DNA from: a bacterium
Lineage (GTDB): Bacteria; Patescibacteriota; Minisyncoccia; Phycocordibacterales; UBA1006
Assembly (NCBI GenBank): GCA_037144045.1
Contig: JBAWXN010000001.1
Coordinates: 203,752-267,751 of the forward strand
Reading direction: 5' to 3'
DNA length: 64,000 nt
Made by a program: the position numbers and the translations under genes. Below, piece by piece: positions 9,432-19,464 of the stretch. Below the pieces are notes generated by a model. The model did no database searches and was not told where the DNA came from. It saw only the letters and a program-made list of their open reading frames with translations. How positions within the stretch are numbered: the first letter of the stretch is position 1; each line of letters opens with the position of its first letter.

Positions 9432-10871
9432 ATGATAGGGCACATGATTGAATCTAACGGAAAAAAATATTATCCAACCATTGGTCTTGAAATTCATGCA
9501 GAACTTGCTACAGAAACCAAGATGTTTTGTGCATGTAAAAATAACCCCGACGAAGAACAACCTAATGTAAATACGTGTCCGGTATGCATGGCGCATCCTG
9601 GAACACTTCCCGTACCCAATAAAAAAGCTATCGAAAGTGTTATTAAAGTTGGGCTTGCAATTGGTGCCAACATTGCAAACTTTTCAGAATTTGATCGTAA
9701 AAATTATTTCTACCCCGATATTCCAAAAGGATATCAGATTTCACAGTATAAATATCCTATTGTTTCCAATGGTAACCTTGCTGGTGTAGACATTACTCGC
9801 ATTCACCTCGAAGAAGACACGGCAAACAGTAAACACGACCGAGGAAATTTCTCGCTCGTGGATTTTAATCGTGCTGGAGTACCACTTATGGAATTAGTTA
9901 CCGAACCCATTATTCATGATGCTGACACAGCCATGAAATTCGCTAAGGAATTGCAGTTATTGTTACGCACATTAGGTGTGGCCCATGCGAATATGGAAAA
10001 AGGTGAAATGCGTGTAGAGGCAAACATTTCAGTATCAGATGTTTTCGAAAACTTTGGAACTAAGGTTGAAGTAAAAAACCTCAATAGTTTTTCTGTAGTT
10101 GGTAAGGCAATTGATTATGAAATTAACCGCATGATTGGATTGTATGAAGCAGGACGTAAAGACGAAATTGTCCAGGAAACTCGTGGTTGGGATGAACAAA
10201 AACAAGCAACCTATTCACAACGCCGTAAAGAAAACAGCAATGATTATCGTTATTTCCCCGATCCTGATATTCCTAAGTTTCACCTCCATGAATTGTTTGA
10301 CTTAGAATCCTTGAAAAAAAACCTGCCCGAATTACCAGACCATAAACGAAACCGTTTTGCATCAAAATACGGCATTAAGGCTGAAGACATTGAGGCGTAT
10401 GTTACTGACCCAGATTTAGGAAATTATTTTGAATCAGTTGCAGAAATACTTGGATCAGGTGATGTACTAAAAACAGCTTCTAACTACATTACCTCAGACT
10501 TACTCGGACTCCTTGCTAAAAATACAGAAGCTAAGCGGCCAAGTATTACTCATTTTGCAAAACTCATCGAGATGAATGCTGATAGTAAGCTTAACTCTCG
10601 AGGAGTAAAAGACATTCTTGCAATGATTGTTATTGCTGACAAAGACCCAGAAGCTATTGCTCAAGAAAAAGGATTGATTCAGCAAAATGATGAAGGCGCG
10701 CTTAAGGCTCTTGCTCAGAAATACGTCGATGCACATCCAAACGTTGTTGCAGAGTACAAAGCTGGTAAAGAAGCGTCACTTATGTTTTTTGTTGGACAGA
10801 TCATGAAAGAAACAAAAGGTTCAGCTAATCCTGCCATGGTTCAGAAAATACTCAAAGACATATTGTTGTAA
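9432..10871 (+). CDS. gatB: Asp/Glu-tRNA amidotransferase subunit B
   Basis: YYPTIGLEIHAELATETKMFCAC, NTCPVCMAHPGTLP and RIHLEEDTANS, with a C-terminal YqeY-like tail. 479 aa. Confidence 0.9.
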   Translation: MIGHMIESNGKKYYPTIGLEIHAELATETKMFCACKNNPDEEQPNVNTCPVCMAHPGTLPVPNKKAIESVIKVGLAIGANIANFSEFDRKNYFYPDIPKGYQISQYKYPIVSNGNLAGVDITRIHLEEDTANSKHDRGNFSLVDFNRAGVPLMELVTEPIIHDADTAMKFAKELQLLLRTLGVAHANMEKGEMRVEANISVSDVFENFGTKVEVKNLNSFSVVGKAIDYEINRMIGLYEAGRKDEIVQETRGWDEQKQATYSQRRKENSNDYRYFPDPDIPKFHLHELFDLESLKKNLPELPDHKRNRFASKYGIKAEDIEAYVTDPDLGNYFESVAEILGSGDVLKTASNYITSDLLGLLAKNTEAKRPSITHFAKLIEMNADSKLNSRGVKDILAMIVIADKDPEAIAQEKGLIQQNDEGALKALAQKYVDAHPNVVAEYKAGKEASLMFFVGQIMKETKGSANPAMVQKILKDILL

Positions 10872-10873
10872 TA

Positions 10874-10902
10874 AAAAAGCCGAACACATGTTCGGTTTTT
10901 TG
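10874..10902 (+). terminator. Rho-independent terminator after gatB
   Basis: gccgaaca/tgttcggt inverted repeat followed by ttttttgg. Confidence 0.6.
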
Positions 10903-10911
10903 GTAGTTCTA

Positions 10912-11193
10912 TTATCTTTTATTTCCATAATATCCAATAATGAGCGATAAAAAAACTCCAAAGAATGCACCATAGAATATTCCGATAGCTAAGCCGATAC
11001 TTAAGAAGGCAATTAATGCAACTAATGCACTCAAGATACCAAATGATACTAAAAAGGATTTAATGAAGGTGGTATATTTTGCGTGAGTGATTGAACCTAT
11101 GATGAACCCAACGACAAGACTTCCCATGATAGTGAAAGCAAGTTGCTGATCACCAGACATTGAGGTGGCACCACGAAGGAGTATTAACAGCAT
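10912..11193 (-). CDS. Small two-TM membrane protein
   Basis: 93-aa hydrophobic ORF between two terminators. No family recognised. Confidence 0.4.
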   Translation of the reverse strand: MLLILLRGATSMSGDQQLAFTIMGSLVVGFIIGSITHAKYTTFIKSFLVSFGILSALVALIAFLSIGLAIGIFYGAFFGVFLSLIIGYYGNKR

Positions 11194-11276
11194 GGGTTAC
11201 GTTTCAAAGTATTTTACACGTAAAAATAAATTAGTCAAGTCCCTGAAAATAAAAAAATGATGTATTCTAAGGGTCT

Positions 11277-11975
11277 ATGGAAACACCTCAAGGAACATTA
11301 CACCCGTTAACACTCGTCATGAACGATATGGTGCGTATTTTTGAAGGTCTTGGGTTTAGTGTGGCAACCGGACCAGAAATGGAAGATGAATGGCATAATT
11401 TCGATGCGCTCAATGTGCCTGCAGGGCATCCTGCGCGTGATATGCAGGACACATTTTGGATCCGTGGCGAACAAGGAAAGTTATTGCGCACCCATACCTC
11501 ACCAGTTCAAATTCGCTATATGGAAAACCATGATATTACTCAGAGACCGGTAGCTATTATTTGTCCTGGGAAAGTATTTCGTAACGAAGCAACTGATGCG
11601 ACCCATGAAATGCAATTTCATCAAATGGAAGGGTTATTAGTTGGTGAAAATATTTCCATTGCTCATTTGAAAGGAGTACTCCTTGAATTCTTTAAGCAGT
11701 TCGTGGGGCCTGATACTGATATTCGACTGCGTCCGAGTTTCTTCCCATTCGTAGAACCTGGACTCGAAGTGGATGTGAAGATGGGTGATAAATGGGTTGA
11801 AGTCCTCGGTGCGGGACTCGTTAATCCAGTAGTACTCAAGAATGTCGGATTTGATCCTCAAAAAGTGTCTGGATTCGCATTCGGGATGGGGATTGATCGT
11901 CTGGCGACTCTTAAATTTGGGGTGCCTGATGTTCGTTTATATTATCAAGGTGATGTGCGACTTAATCAGTTTTAG
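11277..11975 (+). CDS. pheS: Phenylalanine-tRNA ligase alpha subunit; minimal form, catalytic core only
   Basis: Class II motifs FDALNVPAGHPARDMQDTFWI, HTSPVQIRYM, FRNEATDATHEMQFHQMEGL, FFPFVEPGLEVDV and GFAFGMGIDRLA. Only 232 aa, so it lacks the usual N-terminal coiled-coil tRNA-binding arm. Confidence 0.85.
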   Translation: METPQGTLHPLTLVMNDMVRIFEGLGFSVATGPEMEDEWHNFDALNVPAGHPARDMQDTFWIRGEQGKLLRTHTSPVQIRYMENHDITQRPVAIICPGKVFRNEATDATHEMQFHQMEGLLVGENISIAHLKGVLLEFFKQFVGPDTDIRLRPSFFPFVEPGLEVDVKMGDKWVEVLGAGLVNPVVLKNVGFDPQKVSGFAFGMGIDRLATLKFGVPDVRLYYQGDVRLNQF

Positions 11976-11978
11976 AGT

Positions 11979-13166
11979 ATGAAATTTAATTATAAAAAAC
12001 TCCAAAACCACATCGTAGAACCATTGCCAGCAGTGGACGTTTTGAAGGAGAAAATTATTTTTCATGCGTTCGAAGTTGAGTCAGTAGAAGATTTAGGTAA
12101 TGGTGATTATGAACTCGAAATTAAAGTACTGCCCGATCGTGCATTTGATGCCAAGGATGACCGTGGTATGGCGCGGGAAATTGCAGCACTATTTGATTTA
12201 ACATTGGTTGACCCTGATAGTTACGATGCAGCAGCATCAACTGAGTTGGTATTTTCACTAAATCAAGTTTCAACTCTTCTTGGACGCGTTATTACTACTA
12301 TTAATATTGAAAAGATGTTTAATGCATACCATTATGTATTCAGTATTTCAGGTGACCAGGTATCACTGGCTATACCACCGTGGCGTAGTGATATTGTGCA
12401 CATTTACGATATTGCTGATGAAATTGGTCGTTATTTAGGATACGAAAGTGTTACTCCAGTGCTTCCTCAGTTATCAGCTTCTGTGTCACACGACAAAGAA
12501 TTTCAATCGATTGTTACAAAAAAACAAGAACTTATTTCAAAAGGGTACCACGAGGTAATGACCTACTCATTAACCAAGAAAGGGGATTACCAAGTCGCAA
12601 AAGGTCCTAAAGGAAAAGATTTCTTGCGAACAAATCTCCTTGATGGGATGCGAATCGCATACGCCGTGAACAAGCAAAACGAAGAATTACTTCCTAATGC
12701 TTCAGCAAAGATTTTTGAAATTGGAAAAGTGTTTCTTACAACAGGTGAAGAACTCCATGTTGCATGGATTGATGCGAAAGACGAACATGAAGAAGTGCTC
12801 ACTATAGATGAGACCCTTTCCACGATAGTGGAAAGGGTGGTCACCGAAGGTGACCGGGTGAGGACCAGTACAGAATCGAGATTCCATATGTGGTCTGAGT
12901 ACCCATTCATGACTCGAGACATTGCAGTATGGCTCCCTGAATCAGTTTCAAATAATGAATTAGTTTCAATTATTAAGAAAAATGGAACCGAACTACTCCA
13001 AGGTGAACCGAGACTTTTTGATCAGTTTACTAAAGACGGACGTACTTCATACGCATATCGAATAGTGTTTCAGGCATTCGACCGAACGTTAACCGATAAT
13101 GAAGTTAATCCCATTATGGATATGATTTATTCTGAATGTAAGAGTAATAGTTGGGAAATTAGATAA
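11979..13166 (+). CDS. pheT: Phenylalanine-tRNA ligase beta subunit, strongly reduced (395 aa versus about 800 aa in typical bacteria)
   Basis: Starts 4 nt after pheS. Contains a B5-like region and a C-terminal FDX-ACB-like anticodon-binding segment (AYRIVFQAFDRTLTDNEVNPIMDMIYSECKSNSWEIR). Lacks the N-terminal tRNA-binding and editing-domain length. Confidence 0.7.
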   Translation: MKFNYKKLQNHIVEPLPAVDVLKEKIIFHAFEVESVEDLGNGDYELEIKVLPDRAFDAKDDRGMAREIAALFDLTLVDPDSYDAAASTELVFSLNQVSTLLGRVITTINIEKMFNAYHYVFSISGDQVSLAIPPWRSDIVHIYDIADEIGRYLGYESVTPVLPQLSASVSHDKEFQSIVTKKQELISKGYHEVMTYSLTKKGDYQVAKGPKGKDFLRTNLLDGMRIAYAVNKQNEELLPNASAKIFEIGKVFLTTGEELHVAWIDAKDEHEEVLTIDETLSTIVERVVTEGDRVRTSTESRFHMWSEYPFMTRDIAVWLPESVSNNELVSIIKKNGTELLQGEPRLFDQFTKDGRTSYAYRIVFQAFDRTLTDNEVNPIMDMIYSECKSNSWEIR

Positions 13167-13171
13167 ATAAA

Positions 13172-13195
13172 AAACCTCATTGAGGTTTTTTATTT
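13172..13195. terminator. Bidirectional terminator between pheT and the convergent epimerase gene
   Basis: aacctca/tgaggtt inverted repeat with flanking A- and T-runs. Confidence 0.55.
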
Positions 13196-14253
13196 TGCAC
13201 GGTGTCTGCAATACAATTCGCAATGAACATGGTCATTTTTATATCGCCATAAGGAAATTTCCAAGTACGTTTATTTTTATTTGTTCGATAGATCGCTTTT
13301 TCAAGTTCTTCACGAAATTTCTTCTTATCGGTATTTGGATTTACGAGAATGTTTGCTCCAATATCAATGGTTTCTTTACGATTAGTGTGACTCGCGATAG
13401 TAATGCAAGGAATACCCAGAAAACATGCTTCTTCTGCAAGAGTACTTGAATCAGTGATTACATAATGCGCCTGTGCTAGTTTTTTAATAAATAATGCATA
13501 CGAAACAGGATTGGTGTGCATAGTGATATATTTCGATCGTGGAGATTTCACTTGAGTGAGTTCATGGTGAATGATACAAGTAGCGGTAATTTTTTTCTGG
13601 GCAAGGGTATGAAAAATGGCCTCCATGGTTTGTTTACTATCAAGGTTTGATTTTCTGTGTAGTGATACGAGCACGGTTCCTTTTTCGTCACGTCTAAAAA
13701 ATTGACTCCGGAGGGTTTCGTGAATATGCCAGATAAGCGTACTTCCCGAAAGGATTATTTTCTTTTCAGGAACTCCTTCGGCAATGAGGTTTTTTCGTGC
13801 GTCTTCGGAAAAGCAAAACAGATTAGTTGCAAGGTGGTCAGTAAGGATGTCATTTTTTTCTTCGGGTGCGTTAAAATCGCCAAGGCGAAATCCTGCACCA
13901 ATTTTAGAAATAGGAATCATGCGCTGTTGAGCTGCAAGGCAAGCCGCTACTGCAACGGTAGTATCCCCAGAAACAAGAATGGTTTGCGCTCCAATGATAT
14001 CCAATTTTTTCTGAATCGTTTGAATCAGAGTGTCGATTGATCCTGCCTTACGCTTATTAAAAAGTTGTGAAAAAGTAAACGAGGTAATTCCTGACTGACT
14101 GAGCATTTCCTGAGCGTCTGGGTCTCTTTTTTGTGGAATATAAAGTATGACCGGCTGCTGACTACGCCGTTTTAGCTCATGAAGCACAGGAATAACGCGC
14201 TGTAATTCAGGTCGCGTTCCGATAATACTTACAATAGCGTGGTGTTGAGACAT
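13177..14253 (-). CDS. UDP-N-acetylglucosamine 2-epimerase family protein (WecB-like)
   Basis: N-terminus HHAIVSIIGTRPELQRVIPVL (GTRPE signature). ILVSGDTTVAVAACLAAQQ. 358 aa. Confidence 0.75.
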   Translation of the reverse strand: MSQHHAIVSIIGTRPELQRVIPVLHELKRRSQQPVILYIPQKRDPDAQEMLSQSGITSFTFSQLFNKRKAGSIDTLIQTIQKKLDIIGAQTILVSGDTTVAVAACLAAQQRMIPISKIGAGFRLGDFNAPEEKNDILTDHLATNLFCFSEDARKNLIAEGVPEKKIILSGSTLIWHIHETLRSQFFRRDEKGTVLVSLHRKSNLDSKQTMEAIFHTLAQKKITATCIIHHELTQVKSPRSKYITMHTNPVSYALFIKKLAQAHYVITDSSTLAEEACFLGIPCITIASHTNRKETIDIGANILVNPNTDKKKFREELEKAIYRTNKNKRTWKFPYGDIKMTMFIANCIADTVQNKKPQ

Positions 14254-14368
14254 ACTTGACTTATACCATGATAATGATTTAGAGGGGAACGAGTATTATT
14301 TTAAGCAATAAATATTTTGGAGTGTCTATGTATCTGTAAATACGGCCATTGCTATAGTAAAAGAAAAA

Positions 14369-14731
14369 ATGAAAAAAGAATTAATTGCGCGCCTTGTTAC
14401 ACTTACTCAAACGGCTCGGGAAAATACCGAAAATAAAAGTAGGTTGAAACGGATGCAGAGAGATGAAGTAGAACAAGAAAGGCAACGTGCTGAGGCAGTC
14501 GCGTTTATTCAAAATATTGATGAAAAACTGATTACTGCAGCAAGTGAAGGTAAAAATAGCTTTGAAGTATGTGATGCTATGCATTACGATTACGAAAAGT
14601 TAAGCATGTTTCAAAAGACAGTGCTTGACGAACTTAAAACAGGTGGATACCCCGTTAAGGTTTGCACTTTGTATGGGTATGACGGTTCTAGTCAGGAATT
14701 TCCCTATTACAAAATAATAATAACTTGGTAG
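14369..14731 (+). CDS. Hypothetical charged/coiled-coil protein
   Basis: 120-aa ORF with a downstream terminator. No family recognised. Confidence 0.4.
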   Translation: MKKELIARLVTLTQTARENTENKSRLKRMQRDEVEQERQRAEAVAFIQNIDEKLITAASEGKNSFEVCDAMHYDYEKLSMFQKTVLDELKTGGYPVKVCTLYGYDGSSQEFPYYKIIITW

Positions 14732-14741
14732 ACAACGTACA

Positions 14742-14762
14742 AGACCTTAGGGTCTTTTTTTT
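14742..14762 (+). terminator. Rho-independent terminator
   Basis: agacc-tta-gggtct followed by a T8 run. Confidence 0.55.
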
Positions 14763-14801
14763 ACTTGCAAAATTTATAAAAATCTGTATAGTAGTACAAC
14801 T

Positions 14802-15443
14802 ATGACACAACTACAAGTATCACTACGAACAGCGGAAGAAAGTGCAGAAGCGCTGCGTTCAGCTGGGAAAATTCCAGCAGTAATCTACGGAGCAGGGGTT
14901 AAAGAAACTATTTCTGTTTCAGTAAACCGAGAAGACTTTAAAAAAGCTTGGGGAGCAGCAGGATCATCAACTTCAGTTACCCTTTCCGGAGCAAACGGTG
15001 ACCACGACTGTATTATCCACGATTTCCAAATTGATCCTCGAACCGACCAAGTAATTCACGCTGACTTCCTTGCGCTCGATAAGAACACCAAGGTAACCGT
15101 ATCAGTAGAACTTGAGTTCATCGGAGAATCACAAGCGGTTAAAGACGGATTTGGTATTCTTGAAAAGGCACTTCATGAAATTGAAGTTGAAGCACTCCCA
15201 GCTAACCTTCCAAAATCAATTCCGGTAAGTGTTCACCTTCTTGAAACAGCGGATTCACAGATTCACATCAAGGATCTTCAATTACCAGCAGGAGTAACTA
15301 TTAAGGGTCATGACCCAGAAGACGTAGTTGCACTCGTTGCGGAAATTAAAGAAGAATCTGAAGAACCAGCAGGGCCAATCGACTTTGCTTCAATCGAAGT
15401 AGAAAAGAAAGGTAAAAAGGAAGAAGAAGAATCTGCAGAATAA
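14802..15443 (+). CDS. rplY: Ribosomal protein L25 / general stress protein Ctc
   Basis: MTQLQVSLRTAEESAEALRSAGKIPAVIYGAGVKETISVSVNREDFKK. Two-domain Ctc form with an acidic tail. Confidence 0.85.
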   Translation: MTQLQVSLRTAEESAEALRSAGKIPAVIYGAGVKETISVSVNREDFKKAWGAAGSSTSVTLSGANGDHDCIIHDFQIDPRTDQVIHADFLALDKNTKVTVSVELEFIGESQAVKDGFGILEKALHEIEVEALPANLPKSIPVSVHLLETADSQIHIKDLQLPAGVTIKGHDPEDVVALVAEIKEESEEPAGPIDFASIEVEKKGKKEEEESAE

Positions 15444-15452
15444 TATTCAAGA

Positions 15453-15478
15453 AAGCTCGACTTCGGTCGGCTTTTTTT
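15453..15478 (+). terminator. Rho-independent terminator after rplY
   Basis: agctcgac-ttcg-gtcggct hairpin plus T7. Confidence 0.5.
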
Positions 15479-15494
15479 GATATAATATAAGTTC

Positions 15495-16874
15495 ATGATA
15501 AGAAAATTAACTTCAATGATTATTGTTGTCGCAATAATACTCAACATGGTTGCTTTGTTCCCGTATCCCGTTTTTGCAGCAAACGAATGTCTCACTTTTA
15601 ATCTTTCAGGACAATCTGACGACATGCTTCGTCAGATGCTGGCTATTTGTGATGCTGAAAGTAAAGAAACCCAAACCCAGCTTGAGGCTCAAAAAAACAA
15701 GTCGTCGACTATTGCAGGTGATGTAGCACTTCTTGATTCATTAATTAAGAAGGCGGCTCAACAAATTGAAATCAAAAATCAAATCATTGCGCAGCTTGGA
15801 AAACAGATCGTTCAGAAAAATGATAAAATTCAAACATTGTCTGGAAAACTTGAACGTGAATATGACTCATTAGGTCAAATTCTCCGCAAGAAAAATGAAA
15901 TAGACAACACGACCCTCACAGAAATGTTATTGTCGCAGTATCGTATTTCAGACTTTTTTCTTGATATTGATAATTTTCATACGGTAAATCAGGCACTTCA
16001 AGACTCGGTTGATACCGTTAAAGGTGTTCGCACCGAAACAGCCGGCGAAAAAGCAGCTTTGGAGCAGAAAAAACTCGAACAGGCTCAGCTTAAGTTACAG
16101 ATCGAACAAGAAAAAAAGAAGACTCTGGCCCAACAAGCTGATAAAAAAGAGCTCCTTGCCTCAAGTAAGGCTCAAGAAAAATCATACACGGACCTCCTTG
16201 AGCAAAAAAAAGCTCAAGCCGGTAAAATATCAGCAGCACTTTTTAAATTTAAAGGAGGACAAGGAATTCCCTTTGGTGATGCATACCGCTTCGCAAAAGA
16301 GGCAAGTGATGCGACCGGGGTAAGTCCTGCATTTATTCTTGCAATTCTTAAGCAGGAGTCAAACTATGGAAAATATGATGGAGGTTGCGTACTTATCGAT
16401 AAGCAGGGAACCGGTAAACGATTGCGTAACGGAGAAATTATTCCAAACGTTATGAAGCCGACTCGTGACCTTCAGCCGTTTATTCAAATCGTTGAGGACC
16501 TTGGGTTTGATGTTTCTAGTCAGCAGTTCTCGTGTCCTATTACTGCAAAAGTAAACGGTAAGTATTCAGACTATGGAGGTGCAATGGGGCCGTCCCAATT
16601 TATTCCTTCAACATGGAATATGTTCAAGGCAAAAATTGAAGCGGTACTTAACATTCCTCATGCAAACCCTTGGAACCCTGAACACGCAATTATGGCAACA
16701 GCGCTCTACATGAAAGAGTTAGGTGCTCAGGATAGCAGCCAAGAACGCGACGCTGCATGTAAGTACTACTCTGGGCGTTCCTGCCGGGCAAATAGTAATT
16801 TCTACGGCAATTCAGTAGTAAAATTAAAGGCTCAAATTCAAAAAGATATCGATATTATTGAGTCAGCCCGGTAA
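15495..16874 (+). CDS. Secreted coiled-coil protein with a C-terminal lytic transglycosylase (SLT / lysozyme-like) domain
   Basis: Signal peptide MIRKLTSMIIVVAIILNMVALFPYPVFA. Long coiled-coil. C-terminal GVSPAFILAILKQESNYGKY (catalytic E-S motif of SLT) and ...GPSQFIPSTW. Confidence 0.65.
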   Translation: MIRKLTSMIIVVAIILNMVALFPYPVFAANECLTFNLSGQSDDMLRQMLAICDAESKETQTQLEAQKNKSSTIAGDVALLDSLIKKAAQQIEIKNQIIAQLGKQIVQKNDKIQTLSGKLEREYDSLGQILRKKNEIDNTTLTEMLLSQYRISDFFLDIDNFHTVNQALQDSVDTVKGVRTETAGEKAALEQKKLEQAQLKLQIEQEKKKTLAQQADKKELLASSKAQEKSYTDLLEQKKAQAGKISAALFKFKGGQGIPFGDAYRFAKEASDATGVSPAFILAILKQESNYGKYDGGCVLIDKQGTGKRLRNGEIIPNVMKPTRDLQPFIQIVEDLGFDVSSQQFSCPITAKVNGKYSDYGGAMGPSQFIPSTWNMFKAKIEAVLNIPHANPWNPEHAIMATALYMKELGAQDSSQERDAACKYYSGRSCRANSNFYGNSVVKLKAQIQKDIDIIESAR

Positions 16875-16915
16875 CTTGATATTTTCGGCAGCTTATGCTA
16901 TAGTTCAAAAACATT

Positions 16916-17179
16916 ATGAAAACAGATATTCACCCAAAAAATTATCGAATGGTGATCTTCAAAGATGCTTCAAGTGATGCGCAATTTTTGATTGGATCTA
17001 CTGTAGAAACAAAGGAAACTGCAACATGGACAGATGGTAAAGAATACCCACTGTTTTCAGTAGAAATTTCAAGTAAATCTCACCCGTTCTATACTGGTCA
17101 AGACAAGGCCCTTGATACTGCTGGACGAGCTGAAAAGTTCAAAGCTCGCGTTGCTAAAAAAACCACTTCAAAGAAATAA
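16916..17179 (+). CDS. rpmE: Ribosomal protein L31
   Basis: [21 protein letters not shown]...HPFYTG. Confidence 0.85.
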   Translation: MKTDIHPKNYRMVIFKDASSDAQFLIGSTVETKETATWTDGKEYPLFSVEISSKSHPFYTGQDKALDTAGRAEKFKARVAKKTTSKK

Positions 17180-17236
17180 CTTTGAACTAGAAAAAGTCAT
17201 GACCGAAACCGGCGTGGCTTTTTCTATTAAACTATT

Positions 17237-18199
17237 ATGAACATTGATGAACTTAAAAAAAATCCTCGTACGCATTATCTAGCTTTAGAGCTGGAGCGTT
17301 TACAGGTGCAAGAATTCGAAACTCAGGCCCTTGCAAATGATCCTGAAATGGCAGCACTCGCTACAGATGATCTAAAAAATATCGCGGAACAAATTAAAAA
17401 CCTCAGTGAACAAATTCAAGAAATTCTTGATAAAGAAAAAGAGGAAGAAGAGTTTCCTAACGAACTCATTCTTGAAGTACGAGCAGGTGCTGGGGGTGAT
17501 GAAGGATCATTATTTGCAGCAAACCTTGCAGAAATGTACCAACGCTTTGCAGAGAAAAAAGGATGGATATGGAAAAAAGTTGATGCCTCAGAAAACGATA
17601 TCGGTGGGTACAAAGAAGCCACATTCGAAATTAAAGGACAAGATTGTTACAAATTATTGCAATGGGAAACCGGAGTACATCGGGTGCAACGTATTCCTGC
17701 AACTGAAAAACAAGGTCGCATTCATACCTCGACCGCGTCAGTTGCTATTATGCCGGTACGACAAAAGTTTACGGTAGAGCTCAACCTGTCAGAATGTGAA
17801 TTCGAAACGTCGCGATCAGGAGGCGCAGGAGGACAAAACGTAAACAAGGTAGAAACGGCCGTGCGTATTATTCATAAACCTACCGGATTATCATTTCGCT
17901 CAACGGTAGAACGTTCACAGATTGCAAACAAAGAACGAGTTATTGCATTACTTAAATCTAAACTCCAACAGATGCATGACGAGGAGGAAGCAAAAAAACA
18001 TGCTGATACTCGCAAGAATCAAATTGGTTCTGGAGATCGTTCAGAAAAGATTCGAACCTATAACTATCCTCAAGACCGTATTACTGACCACCGTATTAAA
18101 CAATCATGGTCAAATATTCCCGGATTTATGCTTGGGAACATTGATAAGATGATCGATGCGCTTGCAGCAGGTGAAGTAGGGGAATCTGATGATGAGTAA
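17237..18199 (+). CDS. prfA: Peptide chain release factor 1
   Basis: GGQ motif [24 protein letters not shown]. The tripeptide discriminator region reads [14 protein letters not shown] (PxT type, i.e. RF1). Confidence 0.85.
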   Translation: MNIDELKKNPRTHYLALELERLQVQEFETQALANDPEMAALATDDLKNIAEQIKNLSEQIQEILDKEKEEEEFPNELILEVRAGAGGDEGSLFAANLAEMYQRFAEKKGWIWKKVDASENDIGGYKEATFEIKGQDCYKLLQWETGVHRVQRIPATEKQGRIHTSTASVAIMPVRQKFTVELNLSECEFETSRSGGAGGQNVNKVETAVRIIHKPTGLSFRSTVERSQIANKERVIALLKSKLQQMHDEEEAKKHADTRKNQIGSGDRSEKIRTYNYPQDRITDHRIKQSWSNIPGFMLGNIDKMIDALAAGEVGESDDE

Positions 18200-18200
18200 T

Positions 18201-18234
18201 ACATTAAAACCCTCAGCGCTGAGGGTTTTAATGT
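18201..18234. terminator. Perfect 17+17 nt palindrome serving as a bidirectional terminator
   Basis: acattaaaaccctcagc/gctgagggttttaatgt. Lies exactly between convergent prfA (stop 18199) and the IMPase-family gene (stop 18236). Confidence 0.6.
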
Positions 18235-18235
18235 A

Positions 18236-19180
18236 TTAGTTCAGTTGTTGCTGCCAGGTCATTAATTTTTCAACTAATGATTCATTAATTATCAATGTTT
18301 CTTTTTGGGGAATATAGTCACGTGTCGAAATTACCTTAAACTCTCCTTGTTCATAGCGCCCAGTTGTCTCATTAAGCTCCATAGGAACAAAACCGAGCTT
18401 TTTACAGATACCTACTATTGGTGCAGTGTCCCAAACGGTAGTCTTTCCTGGTTTGAGTAACAACCCTCCATATTGTCCCTTCCAAAGTTTTGCAAAGGAA
18501 ATACCAATGGATCCTCCTTGTAGTTCATAGTCCTTAAAGAAGCTTTCTGGAGAACTTCCATTACACATTTTACGACCAATACCTGAAAAATTATCTGGAT
18601 TATCACGTATATGTACGTATATTGATTTTGGATCAGTGGTTATATCAAATGACAGTATTTCGCGTTCTCGTGAATACTGATCAAGCTGATGTACTCGGAG
18701 CGATCCCGGACGAGTATAAAACAATTCATTGGTCATTGGATCACCAATACATGCTCCAATTACTTCACAAATTTCAAGCTTGGGACAATAATGAATGAGC
18801 CCTAGCATACTACTAAACCCATCTGATTGTTTGCGTTTAAATGCTTTTGTTCCATCAAGTGGATCGATAGTGAAAAAATAAAAGTGGTCAATATCGGTAT
18901 TTGGTTCGCGATAAGGAGCCGCATCGGTAAATAGGTCATCTTCTTCAGCAATAATACCAAATCCAGGAAAATTATTCTTAAGAAATTCAAGATATATTTC
19001 TTGAGCTTTTCTATCTGCACTGGTTACATAATCAATATCAGATTTGTATTCTACGGTTTTTTCCTCGGAGGTAAATGAAAACCGTTGTGCGCGTATTACC
19101 GCACAAGCGCGTAATACCGCATCACGCATAAGGCTTCCAATGTTATGAGCATTAAGTGGTCCAAAGTGTTCTGTGTTCAT
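18236..19180 (-). CDS. Inositol monophosphatase / CysQ / FBPase family phosphatase
   Basis: FFTIDPLDGTKAF (DPxDGT metal-binding motif) and WDTAPIVG (WD motif). Start placed at the internal ATG giving MNTEHFGP. Confidence 0.75.
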   Translation of the reverse strand: MNTEHFGPLNAHNIGSLMRDAVLRACAVIRAQRFSFTSEEKTVEYKSDIDYVTSADRKAQEIYLEFLKNNFPGFGIIAEEDDLFTDAAPYREPNTDIDHFYFFTIDPLDGTKAFKRKQSDGFSSMLGLIHYCPKLEICEVIGACIGDPMTNELFYTRPGSLRVHQLDQYSREREILSFDITTDPKSIYVHIRDNPDNFSGIGRKMCNGSSPESFFKDYELQGGSIGISFAKLWKGQYGGLLLKPGKTTVWDTAPIVGICKKLGFVPMELNETTGRYEQGEFKVISTRDYIPQKETLIINESLVEKLMTWQQQLN

Positions 19181-19244
19181 AGTTAAGAATGGGTTATAGC
19201 TACTAATACACAAAGTATACCATACCCAAATAGCACGTTTTCAT

Positions 19245-19273
19245 TTGCCATTTTTGCCATTATTTGCTATAGT
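19245..19273 (+). promoter_or_regulatory. Sigma70-like promoter for the tRNA-Ile gene
   Basis: TTGCCA (19245-19250), 17-nt spacer, TATAGT (19268-19273). About 25 nt upstream of the tRNA 5' end. Confidence 0.4.
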
Positions 19274-19297
19274 TTCAGAGCCAAAAACAGCAATCAT

Positions 19298-19371
19298 GCG
19301 CGTGTAGCTCAGATGGCTAGAGCATTCGACTGATACTCGGAGGGTCCCTGGTTCGAATCCAGGCACGCGCA
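19298..19371 (+). tRNA. tRNA-Ile (anticodon GAT)
   Basis: Cloverleaf read by eye: acceptor GCGCGTG/CACGCGC, D-arm GCTCAGATGGCTAGAGC, anticodon arm TTCGA-CTGATAC-TCGGA (anticodon GAT), T-arm CCTGGTTCGAATCCAGG, discriminator A. CCA is not encoded. Confidence 0.8.
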
Positions 19372-19382
19372 CCGAATCCAAA

Positions 19383-19407
19383 AAATCCCTGTACGGGGAT
19401 TTTTTGT
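19383..19407 (+). terminator. Rho-independent terminator after the tRNA
   Basis: aatccc-tgtacg-gggatt followed by tttttg. Confidence 0.6.
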
Positions 19408-19464
19408 GATATACTTACTTACGTAATTATTAATAATAATCTTCCTCATTATGAGGGAATCATC

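Noticed and set aside
17180-17236. Possible terminator after rpmE
   Set aside because: No convincing stem could be drawn (gtcatgaccgaaaccggcgtggc is not self-complementary). The T-run alone is insufficient.
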